The notes beneath the pieces are model-generated. The model saw only the letters and a list, made by a program, of their open reading frames with translations, was not told the origin of the DNA and ran no database searches. The position numbers and the translations under genes were made by a program. A stretch of DNA of 64,000 bases from positions 248,001 to 312,000 of the forward strand of contig JAYWIR010000084.1 in assembly GCA_036172245.1 (NCBI GenBank). Direction: 5' to 3'. The DNA comes from Raillietiella orientalis (lineage: Eukaryota). Shown piece after piece: positions 12,590-24,360 of this stretch; positions within the stretch are counted from its first letter, which is position 1; each line of letters opens with the position of its first letter.

Positions 12590-14554
12590 ATTTAGGTACC
12601 AAAAGATTTTTCTGTGTGGTGTGTCGTTCACGTAGTCGGTGTCCGATGGCTACGATGCCTGAGGACACTGCGATAGATGTAGGTGTGAGTAAGGCTAGTT
12701 CGCCCCCACAGCCTGCAGTGTCAGGGGCACCCGGCCCAGGAACGTCCCCGCCTACGGCGAGGACATGGAGCGACATGGTGGCCGCGAATAGCGCGGAAAC
12801 CATGGCCGACGAAGCCGCCTACAGGGACGCCGGTTACAAGCCTTCGCTTGTGTACAAGGTGGATCAATTTTTGATGTGAGCACTGCGCGTGCTTTTACAA
12901 AGGCATTACAAAGCATGAACCTAAAAGTAGATCTTGACGGCTTCTCCGTCCTCAGTGGGGGTTAGGGCGTCGAGGTGGTGTGTAAGGACATCGCCTTGGC
13001 ACAGCGCTAGATCAATAACTCTCTGAACGTGGATGGCCGCAAGATATATCCGGTATCCGTAGTCCACCTTAGGGGGATCAGTAACCGCATGAAGCGGTCT
13101 GCAGTTAGTAGTAAACTGCGGAAATACGGAAAGGTGCACGCGTTTTGGCCGAAATCTACGATTTTTTAGGCCTATAATAACCTTTTTGGGGCCAGGCTGC
13201 AGCGTGTGTCACCGTGAGCAAGGATGGTGGGCTTCTCCACAACCTAGCGGTCTCGAGAGAATCGGTAGACCTCTGGTACGTAGGTAAACTCCGCTACTGT
13301 GGCTACTGCAATGCAGTAGGGTACCTGCGAAAAAGGTGCACGAACATTCTGTGCCACTTATGAGAGAAGCTAAGCCACGTTCTCCGGTGCGCCAAAAACT
13401 CCCCAACCGGTGCCCCTACCGCCGAAATGGTTCAGGGAAAACGTCAGAATAAGGTCGTAAGACCTAAGAATACCTTCTTAGGTCTTACGACGGCAGGCCA
13501 ACAAGAGCAGAAGCCCACAAAACTCCCACACAGGAGTCGGAGGAACAAATTACCAAAGACGCAAGAGATGAGGAGCGCTGGAAGCTCGAGAAATCCAAAA
13601 AGGCTGAACCAGTAAATAAACTGGAGAGAAAGATGGAGAAAGTCGCGACCGGCGCAGTCAAAAAGGAAAAGCAGGGTCCCGAAACACTCCTTCAGTGCGC
13701 GGCGGCACTGGAACGCCTCGACGTTCCTGAGACTGCCACCCGGTGCGACGAGTCTTCCCTCGCCGCTTCGGTCGCGCAAGAGGTTCTCGAAGGCGAACCC
13801 ACTGTTTGCACAGAGGGTGAGCCGCGCGACGCGCTCGCTGACGGCGAGGACGCAGGGTTCGAGCAGGCGGCGGAGCTCGCGCTCACGCTGGCCGAGAGTG
13901 AGAACCCCTCGCGCAAGCCCGTGCGAAGGCAGCCTCCGGCGAACAACGCTCCACAGGTGAGTGCGATCCGGAGGCCGCAAGCTCATCCTCCGACTCGAAG
14001 GCACCTCCCAGGAAGTCGGGACGCAAGTCCAAAAAGCCGAGGAGGCGCCTGCCATCCACCAGCAAGGAGGAGAACACGGAAGCCGTCGCTAGAGTGGGAA
14101 TCCCAGAGAGGGATGTAGCACGCTAGGAAGCCGGAGAACCCGCGACCCAAATGGAGGAGGACGAGCAAGGGGGCGAAGGTCCCCCACATTCATTGAATCT
14201 GAACAGTCCGCCCCTAAGGAAGAGGGCTATCAGGTAAGCGAGACCCCACCTTCGGGCGACCCGCCATACGTGCTGTCTCCCATGAAGGAGGGGGACCAGG
14301 TGCTCGACGCACCTGTTCCACCTCCTCCTAGCGTTCCGCCTCAACAAGTGGCGGACGCCGCAGAGCCGATTTTCCAGGAATAACACCTAGGCTCGCCTGT
14401 CGCCGTCGGAATGTCAACGGGTTGCGCGACGACGGCAACAGACGAGATACGACCGACACTGTGCGTGAGTTCGACCTGGCCCTTCTGCAGGAGATCCACG
14501 TGATCACCGCTGCAGACGTCCAGGAGATCGACACGATCGCAGGGGCTCGGCTGT
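12590..14554 (+). mobile_element. 5' half of L1/Tx1-like element: degenerate ORF1 plus start of ORF2 (E2)
   Basis: TWSDMVAA...GYKPSLVYKV and VDLWYVGKLRYCGYCNAVGYLRKRC match the other ORF1 copies. A basic low-complexity tail follows, then endonuclease motifs. Frameshifted. Confidence 0.88.
14383..14554 (+). pseudogene. N-terminus of APE (apurinic-type) endonuclease domain of ORF2, truncated
   Basis: Translation from 14383: TPRLACRRRNVNGLRDDGNRRDTTDTVREFDLALLQEIHV, matching the APE motifs (W)NVNGLR and DxxxLQExH. Not in the ORF track. Ends at the 3' terminus of E3. Confidence 0.85.
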
Positions 14555-16640
14555 TTGTCACTCAGGTGCGCCGAGTCCTTTATTAATAAATTATCAAGGA
14601 ACACTGTTTCCGGACAAAGGGCACAGAAGATACGAAGGGGGAGGTATCTCTACACGCAGATCGGTATACCGAAAGTCCAGAACGGGCGGGAGGGTACCAC
14701 AACTACACATATAAAAAATAAAAATGAAAATATGGGGAGAGTAAGGGACAGGGATCTTTGCTGCTGCCGTTCCAGACTTTCAGAACCAGCTATGGATGCC
14801 GGCGAACTATCTCCTAACGCCCTATGGTAGATGGGCCAACTCGGAAGCGGACGACATGTTCGCGATGGCTATTCCGGTGTGTTAACGAAAAATGGCCAGC
14901 TTATCCAACTCTCGGTGTGCCCTCTCGATGACGCGGGTGTAACAGACTGTTGCGATTACAGTACCTAAAGACAGGCCGCCTGGCGTGAAGAAGCAGCGCA
15001 TCAAGTCTCATACAATGTCACCCTGGTGCCGGAAAGCTGAGGCAAGCCTCCGCCACAGTCCTTGGAGGACACCGCAGTCCAGAAGCAAGTGCGGGAGCGT
15101 AACCACATTCCCGCACCGCTTACAGTTTGGAAAGACAACTCCCACGAAACACGGTTCGTCCGCTGGTTGGAGTGGAAATCCCGATGCACCAGCATGACGA
15201 AGTCCTGCTTCCAAGAAAGGGGAAGCACAGAAGTGCACAAACAGAAGGGAGGGACCACAAGTACTTCGGGGGGCACACTCAAGTGTTCGCTCCACCGAAG
15301 GAGTCCCTTTGGGATGTGGCGAACCGTGGCGACGTCTGCCAGCTCGCAAGTCCTCCAGCCGGTCATGTGTCGTGTTGATCCTGCGATGGTGCAGGAGACC
15401 TCCCATCTCGCCGGTTGGCAGCTGTCGTCGCTTGCCCTGGGGGCTGACAGCACGACGGCAAGGGGCGTGATGGTCAGGCGAGTCCACTTCTCTTGGCTGT
15501 TTCAGACCTTATCCACCCTGCAGTACGGGGAGAGGTGAGCACAGCGGAGTTCCAGAAGCGAAACATCCTGTTCCTTTGCCAAGCCATGCAACGGTTCCTA
15601 CCATCAGGCTTCCAAGTTCGCTGGGCGGCAAGAGATCCATTTCTGGGATGCCAGGAGCCGGTAGACCGCATTCAACGGGAACCCGAAGCTTCTCGTGGCG
15701 CGCTTTGTATGCAGCCGGAGCGACAGAAGTCCATCGCTGTCGGTGCAGCGCCGCAAGAGGAGGTGCGCTGGAGCAAACCCCGGAGTAAACCAAAGGTTGG
15801 CGCACAGGGCCAACATCCGAAGCTGCACCCACAGCGCGATTCTCTTCAGCGTCAGCATGCGTAAGCCTGCATCCCGACGCGGAACCGCCAAGTTTTTGAG
15901 GGGGATCCTGGAATTCGTAGGTGCATACAGAGCGTTCCTCAACAGGCTGTGCAACTGTTTCTTCGCCGAGTAGAAGAGCAGGCAAACAAAAAGCAGGGGG
16001 AGCAAGAGGGGGGCGACGAAGGCGTTTCGTACCGCGGCCCGCTCCGATTGGAGGAACCTGCCATGGTGGAACGGGCACAGAGCACTCGTAGCCTTCCGAA
16101 GGCAGTCCGACCACACTTTCCCTGGGCTGATGTTTCTCAGCGGAACTCCCTAGTATTGGAAGGAGGAAGCGGTCAGGATCCGCAGGCGGATCCAATCGGA
16201 CTGCCCCTCCCACGCCGCATTAATAGGAACTACAAAGATCTTAGTCCGGTTTACGCTCATGCCCGCTCCATGGCTAATCAGCTCGAAGAAATCCTCGAGA
16301 TTGGACGCCGGGGTGGTCACGGGTAAAAGTAGACGCAGGTCGTCAGCATAGGCCGCCACGGAGGGCGTTCCTGGACAAGAGCTCGGCAGATTGGCCAGCT
16401 TCAGCCTCTACGCCCTCAGCACCAACTCAAAGAAGATGCTGAAGAGCAACAAGCTTAAGCTTTCGCCCTGCCTGATGCCCGGCCAAACCGGCACGTTGCA
16501 GCAGCTGAAAGAGATACAGCATAACGCGTAGCGGCTAGGTATGTCCACTGATCCTGGACGATGCGGCCCACCTTTGCCGTGGTCGCACGCGTTTTTGGTG
16601 AGCTCCAGCAAGCGTAACCAAAAGAAGTTTTTGTGAGTGT
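14555..16640 (-). mobile_element. 3' part of L1/Tx1-like ORF2 (RT C-half to zinc motif) plus 3' UTR (E3)
   Basis: GIRQGESLSLLLFSIFFELVLRA, AAYADDL, and C-terminal CKRCGNVVTLPHLLLDC. AATAAA on minus at 14579-14584. Multiple frameshifts. Confidence 0.93.
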
Positions 16641-16813
16641 GGAACTGCGGACGCTGAAGGGCAGAAATGTCTGAAGACGCCGCAGCACCAGCGACGGGCC
16701 CAGGTGCGTCGGGAGAGCCCTGGACTCTCCAGTGACCGGGGGGAGGGAAGCCGGGAAGAAGACGCGGCGTCCGGAGCCTTTGCGGTGGAAGTCGATTTGC
16801 GTAAAGCTTTCGA
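16641..16813 (+). mobile_element. Inverted RT fragment, probable 5' inversion of E3
   Basis: EGSREEDAASGAFAVEVDLRKAFD on +. E3 begins on - with HKNFFWLRLLEL, which is the sequence expected just after KAFD. Confidence 0.8.
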
Positions 16814-18299
16814 TTTTCACCCGGCTTTTAACGGGTCGTTTATTGAAAATAAACTCTATAGTGAAAATATTAATGGCTGTAGCAATGCTCCAGCCACAAG
16901 CGAAGAACCACGGAGCCTGCCAATTCACCGGTTCCCAGACCGGTACGGTCCACCAAGGCAGCAGGGAAAGGAAAAAAAAAACTAAACAAAAAGAAACAAA
17001 GGGTGTGAGGGAACGGAAAGGGATCGCTGATGCTGATGGGGCCGCATCATCACTCTCAGGATGCAGGAAAGCTCTTGTTTGATTTGAACATCCAGGTGAC
17101 TCCATCGCGACGCCCTCCTCAGGAATTAGGAGGTGCACTGGATGGCATCCTGATTGCTTGGTCCTCCTGTCGCCGTGCTCCATGCGGTGACAATCCCACG
17201 AAGGCAGCACAAGGCTGCTATCGAGGACGCTGGCCGAAGGGCGTCGGCAACGAAGAAGGCTTTTAGGGCGTCCCTGATGTTGCCGCAAGAGATACCGATG
17301 GCCGCGGCAAAGCGGAACCAAAGGGGCCGAAGGGCAACACAATCCACAAGCAGGTGGGGGAGGGACTCCCGTTCCCCACACCTGACGCAATTGGGGTCCA
17401 CCGCTCCCCAGGTCCAGTAGTGTCGGCAGGCGTTGCAGGGGAGTCCGCAGTGCTGCAACAGGAGAGCCGACTCCTGTTATTTTAAGGGGAGGGTGGAGGT
17501 GTTCATTAGTACCGAGGGCCACTTCAAACGTTCAATGGGAACGTCGAGCAGCGCGCCCCAGCCCAGAAGTCCATAGGGAGGCGTACTCGGGGTCGCAGCG
17601 TCAGTCAGCTGACCCGTCTTCCACTCTCCTATTTTCTACTCCTTCCCGGAGATTGTAACTGCAACCTCCCACTTCGCCGCAACATCGCTGTTCAGATCTT
17701 CCATCAAGTAGGGCAGCGCAGCAGCTAGGGGAGTTCTTCCTGCCCACGCTCTCTTCTTTGGATCCTCCAGGATCTTACGGAGCGTGCAACTTCTGTAACC
17801 CCCAAACAGGAACCTTCGTTCCTGTTGGGAGCGTTGCATGCCGAACTGTCCCCACGTGCGAACGGTTTCCTGCAACCAGGCACTACCGTTCGCAAGGCGA
17901 CAGGTGATTTGTCCAAAGTATCTTCGTGTCAGCGCAGCCACCCTCCGTAGCTGAAGTCCGCATCGGTTGAAGCGGCGACAAAGTGCAAGAGAGGACGTCA
18001 GTCCCGTGATGCTGGTGGGTTGCTGGAGAATGAGACCTGCAGAAACGCACCAACAGGTGCACCACAACTCCGGAACAAGTGCCAACATTCGGAACGGGAG
18101 CTGAAGTTCCAGCCGTTCCAATGTCAGGACGCCGATTCCACCGTCCCGACGCGGAGCGCACAAGTCCTTTAAGCGGACTCGGGCCCTCCCGTTGTCCCAG
18201 AGGGCGATACGGAGGAGGTCTTTCGTCCGCTTTTTTATCCTCTCTGTGGGGGGGCAAACAAAAAGCAGGTGGCGGAGGAGAGGAGCCCCTCATTTCATA
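16814..18299 (-). mobile_element. 5'-truncated L1/Tx1-like 3' fragment (E4)
   Basis: LCAPRRDGGIGVLTLERLELQL and CVRCGERESLPHLLVDC. T-rich 3' UTR; AATAAA on minus at 16839-16844. Confidence 0.92.
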
Positions 18300-19734
18300 C
18301 GAAAAAGAGCAGCGGGCCTCCTGAGGAGATTCCTTTGGGGCAAATGGAGGTACCGTGTGAGGCTCAAAGATTTGTGCTCTCCACTTAAGGACGGTGGACT
18401 TAAAGTACCTACGCTGGAGCGCATGGAAATACAATTAAGGTTTCGGACTCTCGCTTTTGCGGCCGATTTGTGGGACAAGCCGTGGTGCCTTTTACCACAC
18501 CTCCTGGCCAACGAGCCTGTGGATTCGGCGGACTTTTGTCGTTTCTGTTGGCGCGCAACAGCGGAGAAGCCCACAGCGGCTTTTTCCTGCGTCGCATGGA
18601 CGTTGGTTTACTGGGAAACGCCTGGATCTCCTGCCTACCAGGGAACTACTCTGCATGGTTGCACGAGTCAGTGTCCACCTGAGTAAAGATCCACGTTCCG
18701 GCGGGCACGAAGAACACTTGCCTGCAAAGGCACGCCTGCTGGAAGCTGCAGGAGATTGTGCAGTCCCAGGATAAGCTAATGTGAGCCCTGATAACACTTC
18801 TTGCCCCAGAGCTGCCCTTCCTTGTAAACGCCAGGGACAGTAGCGAGCAGGGGAGATGGACCGTGTCCTGCACCATAGGCGTCAGGACACAAGCGATAAA
18901 GGCGTGGACATCTCGGCAGCTAGCGGACCCTGCGACACCGAGTGTCCCGCCAAACGGAATTCGACGCTGGGGCGAGCTACTCGGACTATCTCCGGAGGAG
19001 ATGAAGTGGCCCCCAGCGTCCTGGAACAGTGCATCCCTACCCCTGAAATGGCAGGATGTGGCGTTACTTGTGGTACTCTGGGGTTTACCTTTTAAAGCAC
19101 GCCTGCATCACACCACCCGGGGGGCTGTGATCCTAATTGCGACCGGTGCGGGGAAAAAGAAACATTCCTCAACCTCCTTATTTAGTATAGCGTTCTCCAC
19201 TCTCTCTGGGATCGCCTTGCGTCGATTTTGGACTTGCGCGGATGCTGCCCGAAGGACGTATTCAGGCGCCTCTTCTATCGTGACTCCTTGTCTCCGTTCG
19301 CCTGTGTAGTAGTCCTCTGCTGCATTCGAGGGATCGTGGCGGCTTGGAACGCCACCAGAAAAAGACGTCAGATAACCGGCAACGCTTTACATTGGACTCG
19401 CACTTTCGAGCGAACCGTGTGCAAGTGGCGCCATTTGGGCGCAGATAGGACGCAGCTTGCTAGGATCCTCAAGAGGATCTAGAGGACCCTTCCGCGCGCG
19501 CAGTGATCCCTTCCCTGCCCTTCCATCCCTAAAACATTTGTTTTCTTCCAGGTTTGAACTTTTTGTTTGTTTTGTTTTTTCTTTCCTAATCTTCGTGCGT
19601 TGGATGGACCCCGCCAATTCGGCACCGGCACAAAGCAAGCTGCCTTCAAGTGGTGAGCGCCTGGGATAGCCACGAGAAAATTCCTTGTTCTTTTCTTTCT
19701 TCGAAATAAATGGCCATGCATATCCGGGTGGAAA
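18300..19734 (+). mobile_element. 5'-truncated L1/Tx1-like 3' fragment (E5)
   Basis: LRRFLWGKWRYRVRLKDLCSPLKDGGLKVPTLERMEIQLRFR and LPLKWQDVALLVVLWGLP. T-rich 3' UTR; AATAAA at 19705-19710. Confidence 0.92.
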
Positions 19735-20792
19735 CGGCATTTCTTTATTATTTCGCTCGGCATAATTTTTTTAACACCGTTTGCATATTTTTTCCGAAGA
19801 CTCGCGTATTGAATTGCTTTAATTTGTTTGTTTTAATTCGTACATTATTAATTTTTTAGTTTACGACCGTTTTCCAGCCTTCCTCGTCGGAATAGGCTTA
19901 GCAGTCTCCTTTTCGGATTCCAGCACCTCCTTCACGACTTCTTCTTGAATTGGCTGGAGATCGCGTGGTGTGTTTTTTTCCGCCTTCTTCCCCACTTCTT
20001 GTAATTTCGGGATTTCCAGCGTTGTATTGGCATTTTTGAGATGACCTAGTGTGGCCCTTCGCGCCGCACTTTGGGCATGTGGCATCCAGGCATCTCTTTT
20101 TGAGATGACCAAACGTGTTGCACAGCCCGCAGTACTTCTCTTTCCCCACGTATCAGAGATCGACGAGCTCGTCGTTGACTGCCAGCTTGTGGGGAATATC
20201 GATGTTTTCGCGGAGAGTCACGCGAGCGGCAAGTCGCCCACTAAATGCGCCTCGATATGTGAAGGCGTTAAGCTTCTCCCACATCGCGTAAATCTCCGCG
20301 AATTTGTTGATTTCAGTGCGGATGGCTTCGTCGCTCATCCGCACTGTTGCTCCTGTTAGGTATATTACTATAGAGAGATTCACCGTATGTGAGTAAAGAT
20401 TCCGTCCTTCAAATGGAAAAAGCGTGCAGAGCAGTTTATGCATGAGCGCTGCATCTCCGCAGATCAGCTCCGCGAACTGCCCGCCGCTCCGAACCGAGAA
20501 GCACAGAATTTCCAAATCTGTGATTCCCATCCTAAGGGTGGCGTTTCCAAATTTCCGCGTTGTAAACGGTGAATAGAGGTTACCTACCTTATAAAGGAGA
20601 GCAAGGTTGTAGCCCTCCTTCATATTGGCCTGTATTTCTGCGGCCACGTGCGGCGGAGCCGCCGCGGCCACTTTATTCCATGCCGTCGCCGGGGCGGCGG
20701 TGTCTGATTTTGTAGTGGGGCATGACTTCACCTTCATTGGATGGGGGGATGTGCTTCTCACGCCTCCCGTCGCAGGTTTTTCACCAGGGAAT
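19735..20792 (-). mobile_element. ORF1 (gag-like, two CCHC knuckles) fragment of L1/Tx1-like element (E6)
   Basis: The 214-aa frame 20153..20797 continues after one TGA into YVGKEKYCGLCNTFGHLKKRCLDATCPKCGAKGH. Best-preserved ORF1 copy. Bounded on both sides by 3' ends of other copies. Confidence 0.92.
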
Positions 20793-23487
20793 TCCACCCA
20801 GGTGAGCCGAGGCTTTTATTACAAAAATTCACATAGCAATAAATTCCATAATGAAGTCATTAATTTTTCATCAATGTCTTTCTTTTTGTCAGCACAGTAG
20901 ATCATTCTGTTTTGTGGCACTTGTCCTTGCCGACCCGCAGGCCGATAGGGTCCTCCACACTGGCGCAGCGATGGGAAAAACAAAAACAAAACAAAACAAA
21001 AACAAAACGCCTGGGAGGGGCAATGTTCTTTGGGCAGAGGGGGGAAGGGAGGGGATCACAGTACTCCGTGAGGAGGCCTCTACATCCGGTTTCGAATGCG
21101 AGCAAGTGCCGGCAAATCTTTACGAAGTCGGCGCCAAAGGCAGGCCTTCTCCAAAGAGATGGCTGCCCATTGGATGGCATTCCCACTGTTCCTTCCTCTC
21201 CTTGACGCCGTCCACTTGTCCAGGACTCCGCGTATGCAACAGAGCACTGCTACACACCCGGAAGCTGGCAAGGCGTCTTGCGTCAGGAGGCGTCTAAGTA
21301 AGTTTCTCGAATCGCCTACCGGAATCTTCAGGATCGGCGAGAGTCAATCCCACATCTCCCGGAGGGCAAGACACTCTAGAACCATGTGGGGGAAGGTTTC
21401 CCGTTCCCCGAACTCTGTGGAGTTGGCATCCTCCCTCTCCGATTTCCAGTGAAACAGGCGTGCTCTGCTTAAAAGTCCCCAATGGAGCAGAAGCAACGCC
21501 GCCTTCTGCCACTACAGGGGAAGGGTGCCGTTGTCCCAAGACGCTGGGGGCCACTTCACCTCCTCCGGAGGTATTTCGAGCAGCGCGCCCAGCGTAAAAG
21601 TCCGTTCGGCGGGACAGGGGGTGTACTAGCGTCCGCTAGTTCCCGGGACGTCCACGCATTCAATAATTTTTTCCTGCCTTCGATGAGGCAGAACACTTCT
21701 TACGATGCCTCCTGTTCGCTGTCTTTAACTTCCCTGAGGGAGGTCAGCACGGGAACAAGGGGGGTAAACGAAGACCAAAGAAGTTTTCGTGGGTTGCGGA
21801 TGATCTTCTGCAGTGGCTCACCAGCGTATCTACCACTACGGAGGCAAGAGAATTCCTCATCGCTGGAGCCTTTGATCTTAGCCCATGCGGAAACGGACTT
21901 CTGGAGCCAGGTGGTCCAGTCCGCAGGGATGCAGGAGATGGAGATCCACGAAATGTCTCTCAACAGAACAACCAAATCCCGCTGCTGAAACCCACAATGG
22001 TTCAGGTTACGGTCGTTGGCTACTAGGATTGTGATCAATCCGAAGCAGCCGGTCGCCCTGTTTGCGAGGAGTCTTGTGGGTGCACATCAGGGAGCTGTCC
22101 AATATTTTGCCACAAGGGCAAGTTTCCGAAATTGGAGCTGTCTCTCCATGCGCTTTAGAGTCAGGACACCAAGTCCACCGTCCCTGCGTGGAGAGTACAC
22201 GTCTTTAAGTCAAATGCGGGGTCTATGATTGCCCCAGAGGGCTTGCCGTATGAGGTCCCTTGTCCGTGTCCTAATTTGTGGGGTGGTGAAGCACACAAAA
22301 AGTAGGGCGCGAAGAAGGTGGGCCGCAAAAGCGTTTCACACCGCAGCCTGTTCCTGCAAGTAAAACTTGCCGTCCCGGAACAGGCCGATCGCCAACTCCA
22401 TCTTTTGGAGACGGTCAGACCAGGCTTTTGCAGCGCAGGAGTCAGTCAACGGAATGCCAAGGTACTTGATGTACCCGCCAGTGGGGATCCCTAAACGGAT
22501 GCAGTCCGACCGCCCGGCCCGCGATGAGTCGGTGAATAGCAACGATGACTTCGTCCTGTTTACCTCGAGTCCTGTCCATCGGTGCAGCACCTCGAAGAAT
22601 TCTTCGAGCGCCGATGCCGTGGTGGAACCAAGAAGCAGGAGTAGAAGGTCGTCGGCATAGGCCGACAAGGCAGGAGTGCCGGGACACGATTTCTGCAGGG
22701 CTGCCAGAGTCTCCCTGGATGCTCTCACAACCAACTCAAAGTAGTTGCTGAAGAGCAGGTGCTGAGGCTGTCACCCTGCAGGTTGCCGCATCTTCTTCCC
22801 GACTTCCCTCTTCTTGGTCACTAGACAGTTTACGACTCTCCCGACGTAGCTGTGCCTCGCGTTGTTGCATTTACCAAAAGGTGCTGGCGGGGAACAGGTT
22901 GGCCTCCACTGTTCGTTCGGAAACAGCATATGTCTGTTCCGGACTGACCACGGATTCCGCTACCCGTCCCAGACGCTTAGCCCAGAGTTTGGCGAGCAAC
23001 TTTGCGTCCGCATTCACTACAGTTATGGGACGCCAGTTGTCAACGTTGCGCAAGTCTCCTCCCTTCAGGAGAAGACGTATTCTAGCTGACCGGAACGAGT
23101 TGGAAACATCCCTACGTTCACGGATCAGCATGCATAATTTGAGAACCAGGGAGACCAACATTGCCGCGAAGAGTTCGTAGAATTCAGCTGGCAGGCCATC
23201 TTCCCTTGGTGTTTTATTTTTTTTTCATTTTTCCATGGCAGAGACGGTCTCCGCCACAGTGAATTGCTGGTGGATGGTGTGAACCTACTACTCCCTTAAC
23301 TCAAGAGCACCCTCCGGCAGCAGACCCTGTTCTCCTCGCGCATAGGGAGGAGTAGAAATCCCGCAAAATGCGACAAGCCTGCGCTGAAGTAGAGCGATCC
23401 TGGCCCTGCTCCCCCAATAAGCAGGCAGATCCAGATGTTCAGGCCTGCGTCTCAGCTTCAGTCTTAACTTCGCCAAGGCACCCACGG
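20793..23487 (-). mobile_element. 5'-truncated L1/Tx1-like ORF2 (RT to 3' UTR) with internal deletion (E7)
   Basis: KTPREDGLPAEFY, KGGDLRNVDNWRPITVVNADAKLLAK and SAYADDL are present. The KAFD-GIRQ segment is missing at ~22780. AATAAA on minus at 20815-20820. Confidence 0.93.
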
Positions 23488-24058
23488 AGAATGGTGCCTT
23501 TCGGCGCTTGCTTCCGAATGGTGCCCCAGCAATAGGGGACGAGGAGATGTCAAGCCTTGACGAGCCCTATAGCACCAGCAAAATTCTCGCCGGTATTAAT
23601 AGGCTCAAGAGGCGTAAACCTCCAGGGGAAAACGGCTTGACCGCAGAGTTCTTTCAGAGCTTCTCGCAAGAGCTGGCAACCCTGCTACTGAAGTTGACAA
23701 GGTTGATCCGAGACGAAGGTGATGTTCCCGCCTCGTTTCGGTCAGCCAGAGTGAGGCTCCTTCCGAAAGGGTGAGACCTCAGAAAATTGAACAACTGGCG
23801 TCCGATCACAATCGTGAACACGGACGCCAAGTTGCTTGCCGAGCTTTGAATTCGCGTTTGGGGCAGGTTGCAGAATTCAAAATTAGCCCGGAGCAGACTC
23901 ATTCTGACCCCGGGCGAAGTATGGATGCCAAAATCCTTTTCGCGAGCACATGGTTGCACGCGCAGAGGTGTAAAAAAAAAGGGAAAGGAAAAATCGGCAA
24001 CCTCACTTGAGTGCCACCAGCAGGGAAGGGAAGGGACTCTCGGGGGGGGAAGATGGCA
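23488..24058 (+). mobile_element. RT N-terminal fragment of L1/Tx1-like ORF2 (E8a)
   Basis: KPPGENGLTAEFF...RLLPKG*DLRKLNNWRPITIVNTDAKLLA...PGRSMDA. Closely similar to the reverse complement of ~27790-28124. Confidence 0.92.
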
Positions 24059-24360
24059 TGACAGACGCAGGCAGCACACGAGACATGGCCACTCATCTGG
24101 AATCCTTTGACCTTGTGAGTCGCCCTGTATGCTCTCAGCACCAACTCAAAGTAGATGCTGAAGAGCAGGGGACTGAGGCTGTCGCCCTGCCGGATGCCGC
24201 GAAGAACCGGCACGCCGTACACGTGCCGGCCGCTGCAACAAATATTGATGTAAGCGAAGCAACAGCAGGAGCGCAGACAGGCCAGAAAGTCGGCCGGAAT
24301 TCCCATGCTTTCCAAAAACTCTAGGAGGAGTTCCTGGTCGACGCTGTCGAAAGCTTTACG
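24059..24360 (-). mobile_element. Inverted RT core fragment (E8b)
   Basis: KAFDSVDQELLLEFLESMG...RGIRQGDSLSPLLFSIYFELVLRAY. Continues E8a in element coordinates but on the opposite strand. Confidence 0.9.

Noticed and set aside
16455..17522. 355-aa ORF, the longest in the track
   Set aside because: A chance off-frame read across E4's ORF2 end, its 3' UTR, the inverted piece and E3.
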